Assembly: GCA_002376005.1 (NCBI GenBank)
Contig: DFNJ01000013.1
Coordinates: forward strand, 16,055-80,054
Reading direction: 5' to 3'
DNA: 64,000 nt
Source of the DNA: Firmicutes bacterium UBA3570
GTDB taxonomy: Bacteria > Bacillota > Sulfobacillia > UBA3561
Shown here: positions 9,716 to 19,806 of the stretch, in pieces
How the letters are laid out: every line of letters starts with the position of its first letter
How positions within the stretch are numbered: position 1 is the first letter of the stretch
Notes under the pieces: model-generated
Told to the model about the DNA's origin: nothing
What the model saw: only the letters and a program-made list of their open reading frames with translations
Database searches by the model: none
Position numbers and translations under genes: made by a program

Positions 9716-10663
9716 ATGGAGTACCGAGAGTTAGGCACAACGGGTTATAAGGTGTCCCGGCTGTGCTTCGGGACGCTGGTACTGGGGCCGTTAGAGGCAG
9801 CGCTCCCGGTGGAGCGAGCCGCGGAATTGCTGGTGGAGGCATTCCGGCGAGGCGTGAACTTCGTGGATACGGCGGAGAGCTACGGCACCTATCCCCATCT
9901 CCGGGCGGCGCTGCGCCGGTGGGACGGTGAGGTGGTGGTGGCGAGCAAATCTTATGCCTGGACCCGGAGGATGGCCAGGGAGAGCGTAGAGAGGGCACGC
10001 CGTGAGCTGGGGCGTGACGTCATAGATATATTTCTGCTTCACGAACAGACGGGCCCGGAGACTCTTGCCGGGCACCGGGAAGCGCTGGAGGAGCTGCGCA
10101 GGTTGCAGCAGCGAGGATGGGTGGGTGCGGTGGGCATTTCCACCCACAGCGTCCGGGCGGTGCGGGCAGCCATTTCCACGGAGGAGGTGCAGGTGATTCA
10201 TCCCCTCATCAACTACCGGGGCTTGGGAATCATGGGGGGCAGCCTGGAGGAGATGCTGGACGCGGTGCGCTGTGCGCGAGAAAGCGGCAAAGCCGTATAC
10301 AGCATGAAGGCGCTGGGGGGAGGCAATCTCCTGCAGGAAGCGGAGCGCGCGTTGCAGTACGTGCGCGACCTCCCGTTCGTGGATAGCGTGGCGGTGGGGA
10401 TTCAGACCTTTGCGGAGCTGGATTACAACGTGCGGCTGTTCTCGGGGATTGAGATCCCTGATTGGTTGCGGGCTCAGGTGGCCCGCAAGCCACGCCGCTT
10501 GGTTGTTCAAGACTGGTGTCGGGGCTGTGGGCGCTGTGTGGATGCCTGCTCTGCCGGCGCGTTGCGGCTGGCAGGGGGCAGGGTGCAAGTAGATGCATCG
10601 AGGTGCATACTCTGCGGCTATTGCGCCAAGGAGTGCGAAGAATTCTGTCTGAAGATCATTTGA
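9716..10663 (+). CDS. Aldo/keto reductase with C-terminal 2x[4Fe-4S] ferredoxin domain
   Basis: GVNFVDTAESYG, DIFLLHEQ, CRGCGRCVDAC and CILCGYCAKEC. Confidence 0.92.
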   Translation: MEYRELGTTGYKVSRLCFGTLVLGPLEAALPVERAAELLVEAFRRGVNFVDTAESYGTYPHLRAALRRWDGEVVVASKSYAWTRRMARESVERARRELGRDVIDIFLLHEQTGPETLAGHREALEELRRLQQRGWVGAVGISTHSVRAVRAAISTEEVQVIHPLINYRGLGIMGGSLEEMLDAVRCARESGKAVYSMKALGGGNLLQEAERALQYVRDLPFVDSVAVGIQTFAELDYNVRLFSGIEIPDWLRAQVARKPRRLVVQDWCRGCGRCVDACSAGALRLAGGRVQVDASRCILCGYCAKECEEFCLKII

Positions 10664-10782
10664 GGTTTGGGGCTGCCGCCCTGCTCTCCTCTTCCCCTAG
10701 CGAGCGAAGCGACCCGCAAGGTGTGTAGCGAAGCGGGCCACGGAGAGGCGCGGCGGCCCCAGTTGCCAGGCGGGGTGTAAAC

Positions 10783-11190
10783 ATGAGGCGTCTGGGCCTG
10801 GACTGGGGTAGCAGGGCCATTGGGGTGGCGGTGTCGGACCCCACTGGAACCATCGCCCATCCTTTGACCGTCATCCGTTCCGGGGAAAAGGAGGCGGTGG
10901 CAGAGATTGCGGTGCTGTGCCGCCAGTACGAGGTGGTGGAGGTGGTGGTAGGGCTGCCGCGCCGGATGAACGGTACGCTCGGTAGCCAAGCGCAACGAGT
11001 GCAGAATTGGGCCAAGTTGCTGGAGAAGGCCCTTGGCATACCGGTAGTGCTGTGGGACGAACGGTTAACCAGCCGTCAGGCGGAACAGGCATTGCTGGAA
11101 GCTGATCTAGGCAGGCGACGCCGGCGCCAGGTGGTTGACGCCAGCGCTGCTGCGCACATTCTTCAGTCTTACCTCGATGCGCAGGCCTAG
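10783..11190 (+). CDS. ruvX: Holliday junction resolvase-like / pre-16S rRNA nuclease RuvX (YqgF)
   Basis: LGLDWGSRAIGVAVSD, VVGLP, WDERLTS, VDASAAAHILQSYL. Confidence 0.95.
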   Translation: MRRLGLDWGSRAIGVAVSDPTGTIAHPLTVIRSGEKEAVAEIAVLCRQYEVVEVVVGLPRRMNGTLGSQAQRVQNWAKLLEKALGIPVVLWDERLTSRQAEQALLEADLGRRRRRQVVDASAAAHILQSYLDAQA

Positions 11191-11369
11191 GAGGACGGTC
11201 CAGGACTTAGGGTTTCCCCGAGGACCGGTCGTACCAGCGACTTGGCGGCTGCACAGCCGCGCCAGTAGTCTTCTTTAAGGTGTGCCAAGCCACCACGCTG
11301 TAGCCTTTGTTGGGTATTCGGGCCAGCCGAGGATGGGTCCTGAGGACAGCATCGGGTTTGCCACCCCAT

Positions 11370-11870
11370 ATCGCCTGGTCTCTTGCGACACTCAAGCCAG
11401 GAGATATCTTTCCGCAGCAGCGCCAGCTCAAGGTTCACGCGGCCGTCGCCGTGTATCAGTTTGTTGCGGCTTCGGATAGTCAGGGAACTGCCTCAACCAG
11501 GACTTCACTTCGCCTGACAACGGCGTCCTGTACCGCTTCATTGCTGTGGAAAGCAGCCCGGTTCATGCCCCGGGTGTATCTCCGAGTTTGCTCAGTGCTG
11601 CCCAAGATGTCCTGCAGGGGCGGACGAGGATCGCCCCTCTCATAAGACGAGCTTCCTCTCCGGGGTGCAGGCTCTTTGGGGCCGCGCGTCGACCCGGAGA
11701 GGCCGAAGGCTTCTTTGAGTTCTCGTTCCAGACGAACGAGGTCAAGAGCGACCGACGCGGCTCCGTTTGCGCGAGTACATCCAGGTCGCTGTACAGCCAG
11801 TGTCTCCGCGAGCAAAGGACCCCCGACCCGAACGGAGAAGCCCTCACCGGTGGGCCCAGGTGCGTGTGCT
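11370..11870 (-). pseudogene. Degraded MNT (nucleotidyltransferase) - HEPN/DUF86 toxin-antitoxin pair
   Basis: Frameshifted pieces FGS...SDLDVL...LDLVRLERELKEAFG (MNT-like) and DILGSTEQTRRYTRGM...VQDAVVRRSEVLVEA (DUF86-like), interrupted by stops. Boundaries approximate. Confidence 0.7.
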
Positions 11871-11987
11871 TGGAGATTGAGGTACGCCTTCGGTTTGGGA
11901 AGTCGCCGTGAGCCGATGCACGCCAGTTCCGCTTGTTGACCTGCTGGTCGGATGCCACCGAGCCCTGGAACAATGCTACATTCTGTT

Positions 11988-12593
11988 TCATTGCCCGTTG
12001 CTGCCCTCGTCCTGGCGCGCCAGGAAGGCAAAGGCTGGGCCGTCCCAGCAGCTGAGTGGGATCAGTCCCGCATCGGCGGCCATGCTCGCCAGCTGCGCGG
12101 GCGTCGGCAGGTGGTCGTGGGCCACCTCGCCTCCCACGTCAAGATGCACCTGGTTCACCTGACGCCGAGATTCCACATGCCCAATGATCAGCCAGCCGCC
12201 GGGCCGCAGTACGCGTCCCATCTCGCGGAGTGCCTGTCGCTTATCGGAAAAATGAGGGAAGGCGCGAAAACATACCACCCGGTGGCAGGACCGATCGGGT
12301 AAAGGAAGCGATTCTGCCGCGCCCACCCTGAAGGTGACGCGGGGGTCGGCGTGCTTGCGCCGAGCGATTTCGATCATCGCCGGCGCGATGTCCACCGCCC
12401 ATACCCGGCCGCGGTCTCCAACCCGCTGCAGGAGAGGCTCGAGCAGGATGCCCGTCCCGCTACCCAAATCCAACACGGTCATGCCGGGTCCCACGCGGCA
12501 CAGATTCAGGATCCAGTCTATGATCTGCGGCGGCGGAGGAGGGCAGCGGTCCCACTCCCCCGCGCATGCATTGAAGTATTCGGCTTTGCTCAT
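11988..12593 (-). CDS. Class I SAM-dependent methyltransferase (UbiE-like)
   Basis: VLDLGSGTG, AVDIAPAMI, AESLPL, RVLRPGG. ATG overlaps the stop of the upstream ECF gene. Confidence 0.9.
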   Translation of the reverse strand: MSKAEYFNACAGEWDRCPPPPPQIIDWILNLCRVGPGMTVLDLGSGTGILLEPLLQRVGDRGRVWAVDIAPAMIEIARRKHADPRVTFRVGAAESLPLPDRSCHRVVCFRAFPHFSDKRQALREMGRVLRPGGWLIIGHVESRRQVNQVHLDVGGEVAHDHLPTPAQLASMAADAGLIPLSCWDGPAFAFLARQDEGSNGQ

Positions 12594-13117
12594 CGCTCGC
12601 CGACCTTCCCGGCAGGGACTGATCGCTCCAGGAGCCGGACCAACAGCGGGACCAAGACCAGCTGGATCCCAATCCCGGGCAGGCCCTTTACCAGGGCGCC
12701 CCAAACATACAGGTGTGGGGGCATGCGGAATCCCACCGCGGCCACCGCCACCGCTGCGGCGGCACCCAGCGCCAGGCGACCTGCTAGCAGGGCGACCACC
12801 AGGCTGAGGTACAGCGGCCAGCGAAAACGGCGATACGCCAGCCCTGCTACCAGGCCGTAAGTTCCCAGCTCCGGCATCATCATGGGCATGATAGGCGGCG
12901 ACAAGGGCGGCATGCCGGTGGTCAGGAAGCTCAACGGGGGGGAGAGTAGGCCCACCACCGTCCCGGACAGAGGGCCGAGATACAACCCGGCGATGAGCAC
13001 CGGTAAATGCATGGGGAGGAATATCGGTCCTCCAATGCGGGCGAGATGGAATGCTGCTGGCAAGATCACGCCCAGCGCCACGAACAAGGCAGTTAGCGTC
13101 AGCGTTCGGGTTTTCAA
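12590..13117 (-). CDS. ECF transporter S component (NiaX-like)
   Basis: Hydrophobic; LPAAFH, FLPMHLPVL, GMPP, MMPELGTYG. Confidence 0.85.
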   Translation of the reverse strand: MKTRTLTLTALFVALGVILPAAFHLARIGGPIFLPMHLPVLIAGLYLGPLSGTVVGLLSPPLSFLTTGMPPLSPPIMPMMMPELGTYGLVAGLAYRRFRWPLYLSLVVALLAGRLALGAAAAVAVAAVGFRMPPHLYVWGALVKGLPGIGIQLVLVPLLVRLLERSVPAGKVGER

Positions 13118-13136
13118 AGGCACACCTCCTCGCTAA

Positions 13137-13172
13137 GGTGGTAGCACGCATATCTGCATTCGTGCTACCACC
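13137..13172 (-). promoter_or_regulatory. Perfect 12-bp inverted repeat just upstream of the ECF S-component RBS
   Basis: GGTGGTAGCACG-N12-CGTGCTACCACC. Confidence 0.55.
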
Positions 13173-13248
13173 CAAGTATTCTGCAAGACCATGGCCGGTT
13201 CCTGCTGATAATTTCTCTGAATGCGGACAGCATACTGATGGGGTTTTG

Positions 13249-13277
13249 TTGACATGGGGTGGGCCGGATAATATCAT
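13249..13277 (+). promoter_or_regulatory. Sigma-A-like promoter for the DUF1292 gene
   Basis: TTGACA, 17-nt spacer, TATCAT. Confidence 0.6.
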
Positions 13278-13308
13278 AGGGGTAGCCTACAGAGAGAGGT
13301 GAAGGCTT

Positions 13309-13593
13309 ATGACCGAGCGAGAGAACACCATCGTGCTCACTGATGAAGAGGGTAACGAGCAGGAGTTCGAAGTGATTGATCTGCTGGAGGTGGACGACAG
13401 CGAGTACGCCATACTCCTGCCCGTGGATGAAGAAGACGACCAGGCAATGATCTTTCGCATCGACGTGGACGAAAACGGCGAGGATATCCTGGTAGAAGTT
13501 GAAGACGACGACGAGTGGGAGCGTGTAGCACAATACTGGGAGGAATTGATGGGAGAGGAACCGGAGGAGGACGAGGAAGAGAAAGAGAAGTGA
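13309..13593 (+). CDS. DUF1292 (YrzB-like) acidic protein
   Basis: IVLTDEEGNEQEFEVI...YAILLP...EDDDEWERV; synteny with ruvX and mltG. Confidence 0.9.
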   Translation: MTERENTIVLTDEEGNEQEFEVIDLLEVDDSEYAILLPVDEEDDQAMIFRIDVDENGEDILVEVEDDDEWERVAQYWEELMGEEPEEDEEEKEK

Positions 13594-13651
13594 TTCCCCA
13601 GTCCGGATGACGCTGACAGCTGAGCCCGCCCTGGCGCGGGCTTTGTCTCCT

Positions 13652-14878
13652 TCATTGAAGCTTCCTGGCCAAATTGCGCGCTGAGCTTCCCCGCGGGTCG
13701 AAGTGGTAGTGCCGGGTGTGCCAGAGGAAGAGGACGATCCCCATCACGCTGAGTATACTGGCTGCCTGGAATGCCCCACCCACACCTACAAGGTCACGAA
13801 GGGCGCCACCAATGACCGCACCTCCGGCCATGCCGAAACTCTGGCACATCCCTATCAAGCCCATGACCGATCCCATGCCATATTGGCGCCCTTGATCCAC
13901 CGCGATGGCGGTGGCTGCGGGCACCGACACTCCAGCACTGATTCCGAGCATTGCCGCGGCAGCCATGAGCTGTCCCAGCTCGCGTGCAAAGGGAACTGCA
14001 TACAGGGCGAGCGGCGCCAGCACTATACCGCCGGTGACCAGCCACTTGCGATTATGCCGGTCGGCCAGCGCACCGCAAGCGGGCTGAAGCAGGGACGACA
14101 GCAGTGCCCGTGTGGTGACCACCAGGCCCACCTCTGTCCCCGTGAGGCCGAGGGTGAGCCTGCCGAGGAGCGGCAGCAAAGTGGAGAAGATCCCCCGTCC
14201 CAAAGCGACGAGGCCCCGTACCGCTATGAGCCCTCTGACCACGTCATTGCGCAGCATAGTCGGCCCGTTGAGGGATCGAGTTTCCTCCCCCTGTCCCGTG
14301 GACCGAGGGGGTCGCTCTGGTACCAGCATGTGGACGGTCGCGGCGGACAGGATACTGAGGATGGCCATCCCATAAAAAGGTGCATTCATGCCCAGTTGGT
14401 CGGCCAGGATACCCCCCAGCACCGGACCAGCTCCGAAACCGGCGAAAAATCCGAAATTGACTAGCCCCATCACTGCACCCTCTCGACCGGGCGGGCTGAG
14501 GTCCCCGGCATAGGCCCGGGCCACCGGCGTGACCATGGCAGAGAAGGCGCCCTGGAGCAGCCGCAACAGCAGAAGGTGAATCGCTCGGCTGGCCAGGACG
14601 AAGCTGAGGGAGACGCAGAAGTAACCCATCAGCCCCAGCGTGATGAAGCGCTTCCTTCCTCGACGGTCGGATAATGAGCCAAACACCAGCATCAGGGTGG
14701 CTCTGATGAAGGGGTTCGCCCCGAAGATCAGCCCTATCCACAGCCCGCTGGCGCCCAGGGACTCAGCATAAACGGGCAGAAGGGGTACAATCAGCCCCAC
14801 TCCCAGCGACGTAGTGAAGAGGCATGTGACCAGGACTACCAAGGCCACTTTGTCTTTGCCCAGAGCAGTGGACAACAT
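13652..14878 (-). CDS. MFS transporter
   Basis: About 12 hydrophobic segments; motif A GSLSDRRGRKR and GALADRHNRK. Confidence 0.9.
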   Translation of the reverse strand: MLSTALGKDKVALVVLVTCLFTTSLGVGLIVPLLPVYAESLGASGLWIGLIFGANPFIRATLMLVFGSLSDRRGRKRFITLGLMGYFCVSLSFVLASRAIHLLLLRLLQGAFSAMVTPVARAYAGDLSPPGREGAVMGLVNFGFFAGFGAGPVLGGILADQLGMNAPFYGMAILSILSAATVHMLVPERPPRSTGQGEETRSLNGPTMLRNDVVRGLIAVRGLVALGRGIFSTLLPLLGRLTLGLTGTEVGLVVTTRALLSSLLQPACGALADRHNRKWLVTGGIVLAPLALYAVPFARELGQLMAAAAMLGISAGVSVPAATAIAVDQGRQYGMGSVMGLIGMCQSFGMAGGAVIGGALRDLVGVGGAFQAASILSVMGIVLFLWHTRHYHFDPRGSSARNLARKLQ

Positions 14879-14967
14879 TACACGCGTTACTTCGCCCTCC
14901 GTAACGATTTTCCTCCCTCTGGAGGAGTAACGGTGGGAGACGTCAAAAGCTGGCAGGGGGGTCATCG

Positions 14968-15996
14968 GTGGTGTTGGAGTCCCGGTCTGAAGGGCGCACC
15001 GTGCTGTGTGCCATAGCACTGGTCGTGCTGATGGCTCTGGCCCTTGAGCTGCACTGGCTGTTCGCTCCACCTCGCTCGCTAGGTGTGCGAGTGGTGGATG
15101 TTCCGGCGGGGGCGACCGCTGAGGATATCGCGCTAATTCTCGCCGAAGAAGGCCTGGTGCGCTCGGGTATCGCTTTCCGCTTGTTGGCCTGGGCGCGGGG
15201 AGTCGATCACAAGCTGCGGTCTGGGCGGTACCTACTTCGGGCGGGACAGTCACCTTACCAGTTATTACAGGAGCTGGTGCGGGGTCCCGCCACTTTCAGG
15301 CGGTTGACCGTCCCCGAGGGATTTGGGGTTGAGCAGATAGCCCAACTGGTGGAGGCGGAGGGGTTCTGCCCGGCGGATGACTTCCTGCAGGCGGCGCGAG
15401 ATCCGCGCTGGAGGGAGAAATACCGGTTCTTGCCGGCAGCCAGGGCCAACATACGCTACTTCCTGGAGGGTTACCTGTTCCCCGACACCTACTTTCTGCC
15501 CGCCGGCGGCGTCGGTGCAGAGGACATCGTACGGGTCATGCTCGACCGCTTCCAGGAGGTGGTCCTGTCCGGGGACTTGGCCAGGGAGATCCAGTCCTTC
15601 CCCTGGGGGCTGCACGGGTTGGTGACCGTTGCTTCCATTGTGGAGAAGGAGGTGAAGGTTTCCCAAGAGCGCTCAATTGTAGCAGCGGTCTACATCAATC
15701 GGCTTCGACGGGGGATGAAGCTTGACGCTTGCCCCACGGTCCTGTATGCCCTGGGGCGGGCGGGAGGCAGGCTGAGTAGGGCCGATCTGGAGGTGGACTC
15801 CCCTTATAACACCTACCGATACCCGGGATTGCCTCCTGGTCCCATCTGCAGTCCCGGCAAGGCATCCATCACCGCTGTGCTTCGCCCCGCCGCGGTAGAT
15901 TATCTCTATTTTGTCGCGCGGGGCGACGGGACGCACGCCTTCAGTCGGACCCTGGAAGAACATCTCGAGCTGCAGAGGCAATATCGGCAGAGGTAA
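14968..15996 (+). CDS. mltG: Endolytic transglycosylase MltG
   Basis: N-terminal TM, TVPEGF, LEGYLFPDTY, ASIVEKE, SPYNTYRYPGLPPGPICSPG, YLYFVA. Confidence 0.96.
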   Translation: MVLESRSEGRTVLCAIALVVLMALALELHWLFAPPRSLGVRVVDVPAGATAEDIALILAEEGLVRSGIAFRLLAWARGVDHKLRSGRYLLRAGQSPYQLLQELVRGPATFRRLTVPEGFGVEQIAQLVEAEGFCPADDFLQAARDPRWREKYRFLPAARANIRYFLEGYLFPDTYFLPAGGVGAEDIVRVMLDRFQEVVLSGDLAREIQSFPWGLHGLVTVASIVEKEVKVSQERSIVAAVYINRLRRGMKLDACPTVLYALGRAGGRLSRADLEVDSPYNTYRYPGLPPGPICSPGKASITAVLRPAAVDYLYFVARGDGTHAFSRTLEEHLELQRQYRQR

Positions 15997-16024
15997 CGTG
16001 GACGCACCCGGCTGTGGGGGAGGC

Positions 16025-17617
16025 ATGAGGATGCTGGATTTGCTGATACGCGGTGGGCATGTACACGACGGCGAACGATTCCTCGGTCAGCTGGACATAG
16101 GGTTGAGGGGAGAGACCATCCAGGCAGTAGGAAGGCTGGAGGTCGAGGCTGCCTGCGAGCTGGATGCACGCGGGATGCTGGTGTGTCCCGGCTTCATAGA
16201 TGCCCATTCTCACGCGGACCTGACGCTCCCCGGCCATCCGGCCTGTACCAATCTGGTGGCTCAGGGCATCACCACGGTGGTGGCTGGCAACTGTGGATTG
16301 TCGCCCGCGCCTTGCGGGGAAGCGTGGCCCGAGCTGCCCACCCGCCTGGGGCGGTTGGCGGGCCTTGATGAAGGATACCCCCGATGCCGCAGCTTTGGCC
16401 AGTGGCTGGAGTATCTGGACCAGCTGGGCATTGGGGTGAACGTCGCCCCCTTGGTGGGTCTGGGGACCATACGGGGCGCGGTTCTGGGTCCGACGGACAC
16501 CGCTCCCGCCTCTGCTTCGGCGGTAAAGAGGATGCTGTGGCTCCTGGATGAGGCCCTGGAGGCGGGAGCCTTCGGTGCTTCGGCCGGTCTTGATTACGTG
16601 CCGGGGCGTTATGCCGGGCCTGACGAGCTGGCTGCGCTCCTGCGGGGAGTGGCTCGCCGACGGGGAATATTTGCCTGTCATCTCCGGCACGAAGGAGACG
16701 GGGTCCGGGCGGCTCTGGAAGAAGTCCTCAACCTCGCTGGCGAGACAGGAGTGGCCCTGCAGGTCTCCCACCTGAAGGCGGTGGGGCGGTCGAACTGGGG
16801 AACGGTACCCCGTCTCCTGGAGCGGATTGAACGGGCGCGCCAGGAGCTGGACGTGGCCTGCGACGCGTATCCGTACCGGTTCTCGGCGGTACTGATAGTC
16901 CGAGATCTGCTGCCTCCCTGGTGCGCCGACGCCACGCCCAATGATCTCGCGCGTTTGGCCCGTGACCCTGAGCAACGGCGTCGGCTGCTGGAAGATCTCG
17001 ATCGGGGACGCCCCGGCTGGGGGAGCCCCCTGGGGGACTTCCGCTGGGACTACGCGGTGGTGAGCGCTCCGGGCCTGAAGGAGGTGCGTGGCCGGAGTCT
17101 GGCAGAGCTGGCGGCGCGGGCGGACCGACATCCTTTGGACGTACTGGTGGAACTGTACGTGAAGTGTCCTGACGTGGCTTTCAGCCTCACCATGTCGGAA
17201 ACCGACGTGCGCGCGGTGATGGCGCACCAGCTGTGCCTGTTGGGTTCTGACTCCGTCTCACAGGACCGACCTGGGGGTGGCCGCCGGCCGTCGCACCCGC
17301 GGGGTTGGGGCGCTTGTCCGCGGTTTCTGGGGCGGTACGTTCGGCGAATGAAAGTGGCAGGTTGGGAGGAGGCAATCTCCCGCATGACCGCCCGGGTGGC
17401 CGATCGTTTCGGCATCGCAAGGCGCGGTAGATTGCGTCCCGGCGCCTGCGCGGACCTGGTGGTGCTGGATCCCCAGCAGGTGGACCACGATGGGGGACTC
17501 TCCACTCCCCGGCGCCCCCCACGGGGCATACGGTGGGTCCTGGTCAACGGCAGGTTGGTGGTGGATGAGGGCCAGCCAACCGGGGTTCGTGCCGGGCGGG
17601 TACTTCGCCGCGTCTGA
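16025..17617 (+). CDS. N-acyl-D-amino-acid deacylase (D-aminoacylase) family amidohydrolase
   Basis: CPGFIDAHSHAD, QGITTVVAGNCG, DAYPY, HPRGWG, ADLVVLDP. Confidence 0.9.
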   Translation: MRMLDLLIRGGHVHDGERFLGQLDIGLRGETIQAVGRLEVEAACELDARGMLVCPGFIDAHSHADLTLPGHPACTNLVAQGITTVVAGNCGLSPAPCGEAWPELPTRLGRLAGLDEGYPRCRSFGQWLEYLDQLGIGVNVAPLVGLGTIRGAVLGPTDTAPASASAVKRMLWLLDEALEAGAFGASAGLDYVPGRYAGPDELAALLRGVARRRGIFACHLRHEGDGVRAALEEVLNLAGETGVALQVSHLKAVGRSNWGTVPRLLERIERARQELDVACDAYPYRFSAVLIVRDLLPPWCADATPNDLARLARDPEQRRRLLEDLDRGRPGWGSPLGDFRWDYAVVSAPGLKEVRGRSLAELAARADRHPLDVLVELYVKCPDVAFSLTMSETDVRAVMAHQLCLLGSDSVSQDRPGGGRRPSHPRGWGACPRFLGRYVRRMKVAGWEEAISRMTARVADRFGIARRGRLRPGACADLVVLDPQQVDHDGGLSTPRRPPRGIRWVLVNGRLVVDEGQPTGVRAGRVLRRV

Positions 17618-17651
17618 ACGATTACGGGGGCTGCTCCCCGGGTGACGCGGG

Positions 17652-17676
17652 AGGAATGCTGCCGTAAGCGGCGAAT
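17652..17676 (+). promoter_or_regulatory. Sigma-H-like promoter upstream of the S9 peptidase
   Basis: AGGA-N17-GAAT. Confidence 0.6.
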
Positions 17677-17709
17677 GAGCGCTAAAAGTTGGAGCTGGAG
17701 GTGCAGGCA

Positions 17710-19806
17710 ATGTCGCAGGCATGGAAGGCATCGGACTTGCTGAGGATGGAGGCGGTGGGTGAGCCGCAGCTGTCGCCCGACGGGAAACATGTCGCCTACG
17801 TGGTTCAGAAGTTCGATCAAAAGAAGGACAAGGCGGTCACTCAGATCTGGATCGCGGACGTCGATGGAGGTGACCCGCGTCGGCTCACTAGCGGTCCCAG
17901 CGACCGTTCGCCGCGCTGGGCTCCGGACGGGCATCGCATCGCCTTCATATCCGAGCGGAGCGGAAAGCCCCAGATCTGGGTCATAGATATCCGGGGCGGG
18001 GAAGCTTGGCAGGTGGTCACCGAACAGCGGGTGGAGTCTCCTCCCGTGTGGTCGCCGGACGGGACGAGACTGGCTTTCGTTTCCCGGGCGTTTGCCAAAG
18101 GGGCTGACTGGGTACCGTATCCCGGTGCCCCAGAAGAAGACAGGGATCGAGCGCGCAGGGCGGCAGAGCAGGCGCTGAAAGAGGACAAAGACGGGAAGGA
18201 CAAAGATCAGGCTCCCCCCATCAAAGTCATAACCGAGATGACCTACCGGTTTGACGGGGTGGGCTATTTCGGTGACCTCAAACGCCACATCTTCGTGGTG
18301 ACGCTTCCCGATCCAGAAGCCGCGATGTGCGGGCAGCAGCCCGCGGTACGTCAGGTAACGTGGGGTGACTGGCACCATCAGGATCCCACCTGGTCGCCCG
18401 ATGGACGATTTCTGGCGTTCACCGGGTTGCGCAAGGAACCTGAGTACGAAGACTATTTCCGCACCGACCTGTGGCAGGTGGAGCTGGCCACTGGGGAAAT
18501 GAGCCAGGTGTTACGGGCAGGAGGGCCGATCCTGTGCCCGGTCTGGTCTCCTGATGGGCGCTGGCTCGCATACATCGGCCATCACCAGGCCCACGGCCGC
18601 TCCACCACCCAGGGGTTATGGGTGGTTCCCATGAAGGGGCCGCGGGACCGGTACCCCCTCAGCAAAGAGGATACTCGAAACCTCACCGCGGAGCTGGACA
18701 GGCCGGTGGGCAGCGCGGTGCCCTCCGACGTGCGGTATGGCGGCTTCATGGTGGCCCCGCCGGTATGGAGTGCGGATGGGCGTTCCGTGTACTTCCTGGC
18801 GGCTGACCGGGGTGTGGGCAAGCTTTACCGGGTGGAGGTGGAGGATGGACGCCCGGAGGAGCTGTTGGGAAGCAGGGACTGTTCGGTGGCGGCGTTCCAC
18901 GTGGTGGGAGACTGCATTGCCTACCAGGCGGGTAGCGACCGGAGCCCCGATCAGATCTTCGTGCGCACTTCCCAAGGCTCGCCGCGGCAGGTGACCGATG
19001 CGAATACCGAGCTGCTGCGACAGCTCCCGGTCAGTCCCGCTGAGCACTTCACCTACCAGGGGGCTGACGGCTGGGAGATAGACGCTTGGCTGGTGAAGCC
19101 ACCCAATTTCGAGCAGGAAAAGAAGTACCCGTTAGTACTGATGATCCACGGAGGCCCTCACGGGATTTACGGCCATGCGTTCATGTTCGCGGTGCAGCAC
19201 CTGGCCAGCAATGGCTTCGTGGTGTTGTACACCAATCCTCGGGGCAGCCAGAGCTACGGGCAGGAGTTCGCCAGCGCCGTGGTGGGAGACTGGGGAGGAA
19301 AGGATTACCAGGACCTCATGGCCGGCGTCGATGCGGTGTTGGAACAGGGATTCGTGGATCCACAACGCATGGGGGTGACGGGCTGGAGCTACGGGGGGTA
19401 CATGACCAACTGGATCATCACCCAGACCACCCGCTTTGCGGCGGCAGTCACCGGTGCCTGCGTGTTCAACCTGCACAATTTCTACGGCACCAGCGATATC
19501 GGCTTCACCTTCGGTGAATTTCAATGGCAGGGCCGCCCTTGGGATGAGCCGGAGAAGCTGCTGCGCCACTCCCCGGTGTCCGGGGTTGAGCGCGTCCAGA
19601 CGCCGGTCCTCATTCTGCACGGCGAATCCGACCTCCGTTGTCCTGTGGAGCAGGCGGAGCAGCTGTTCATGGCTCTTAAACGGCTGGGCAAGACGGCGGT
19701 CATGGTAAGGTATCCGGGTGAGTTCCACGCCCTGCGGCGGCCAAGCTACCGTGTCGACAGATACCATCGCATGCTGAAGTGGTTCCAGCATTACCTCGCG
19801 GGGTGA
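17710..19806 (+). CDS. S9 family peptidase (acylaminoacyl/dipeptidyl peptidase) with PD40 beta-propeller
   Basis: Repeated WSPDG motifs, IHGGPH, GWSYGG catalytic Ser, HGESDLRC, PGEFH. Confidence 0.95.
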   Translation: MSQAWKASDLLRMEAVGEPQLSPDGKHVAYVVQKFDQKKDKAVTQIWIADVDGGDPRRLTSGPSDRSPRWAPDGHRIAFISERSGKPQIWVIDIRGGEAWQVVTEQRVESPPVWSPDGTRLAFVSRAFAKGADWVPYPGAPEEDRDRARRAAEQALKEDKDGKDKDQAPPIKVITEMTYRFDGVGYFGDLKRHIFVVTLPDPEAAMCGQQPAVRQVTWGDWHHQDPTWSPDGRFLAFTGLRKEPEYEDYFRTDLWQVELATGEMSQVLRAGGPILCPVWSPDGRWLAYIGHHQAHGRSTTQGLWVVPMKGPRDRYPLSKEDTRNLTAELDRPVGSAVPSDVRYGGFMVAPPVWSADGRSVYFLAADRGVGKLYRVEVEDGRPEELLGSRDCSVAAFHVVGDCIAYQAGSDRSPDQIFVRTSQGSPRQVTDANTELLRQLPVSPAEHFTYQGADGWEIDAWLVKPPNFEQEKKYPLVLMIHGGPHGIYGHAFMFAVQHLASNGFVVLYTNPRGSQSYGQEFASAVVGDWGGKDYQDLMAGVDAVLEQGFVDPQRMGVTGWSYGGYMTNWIITQTTRFAAAVTGACVFNLHNFYGTSDIGFTFGEFQWQGRPWDEPEKLLRHSPVSGVERVQTPVLILHGESDLRCPVEQAEQLFMALKRLGKTAVMVRYPGEFHALRRPSYRVDRYHRMLKWFQHYLAG

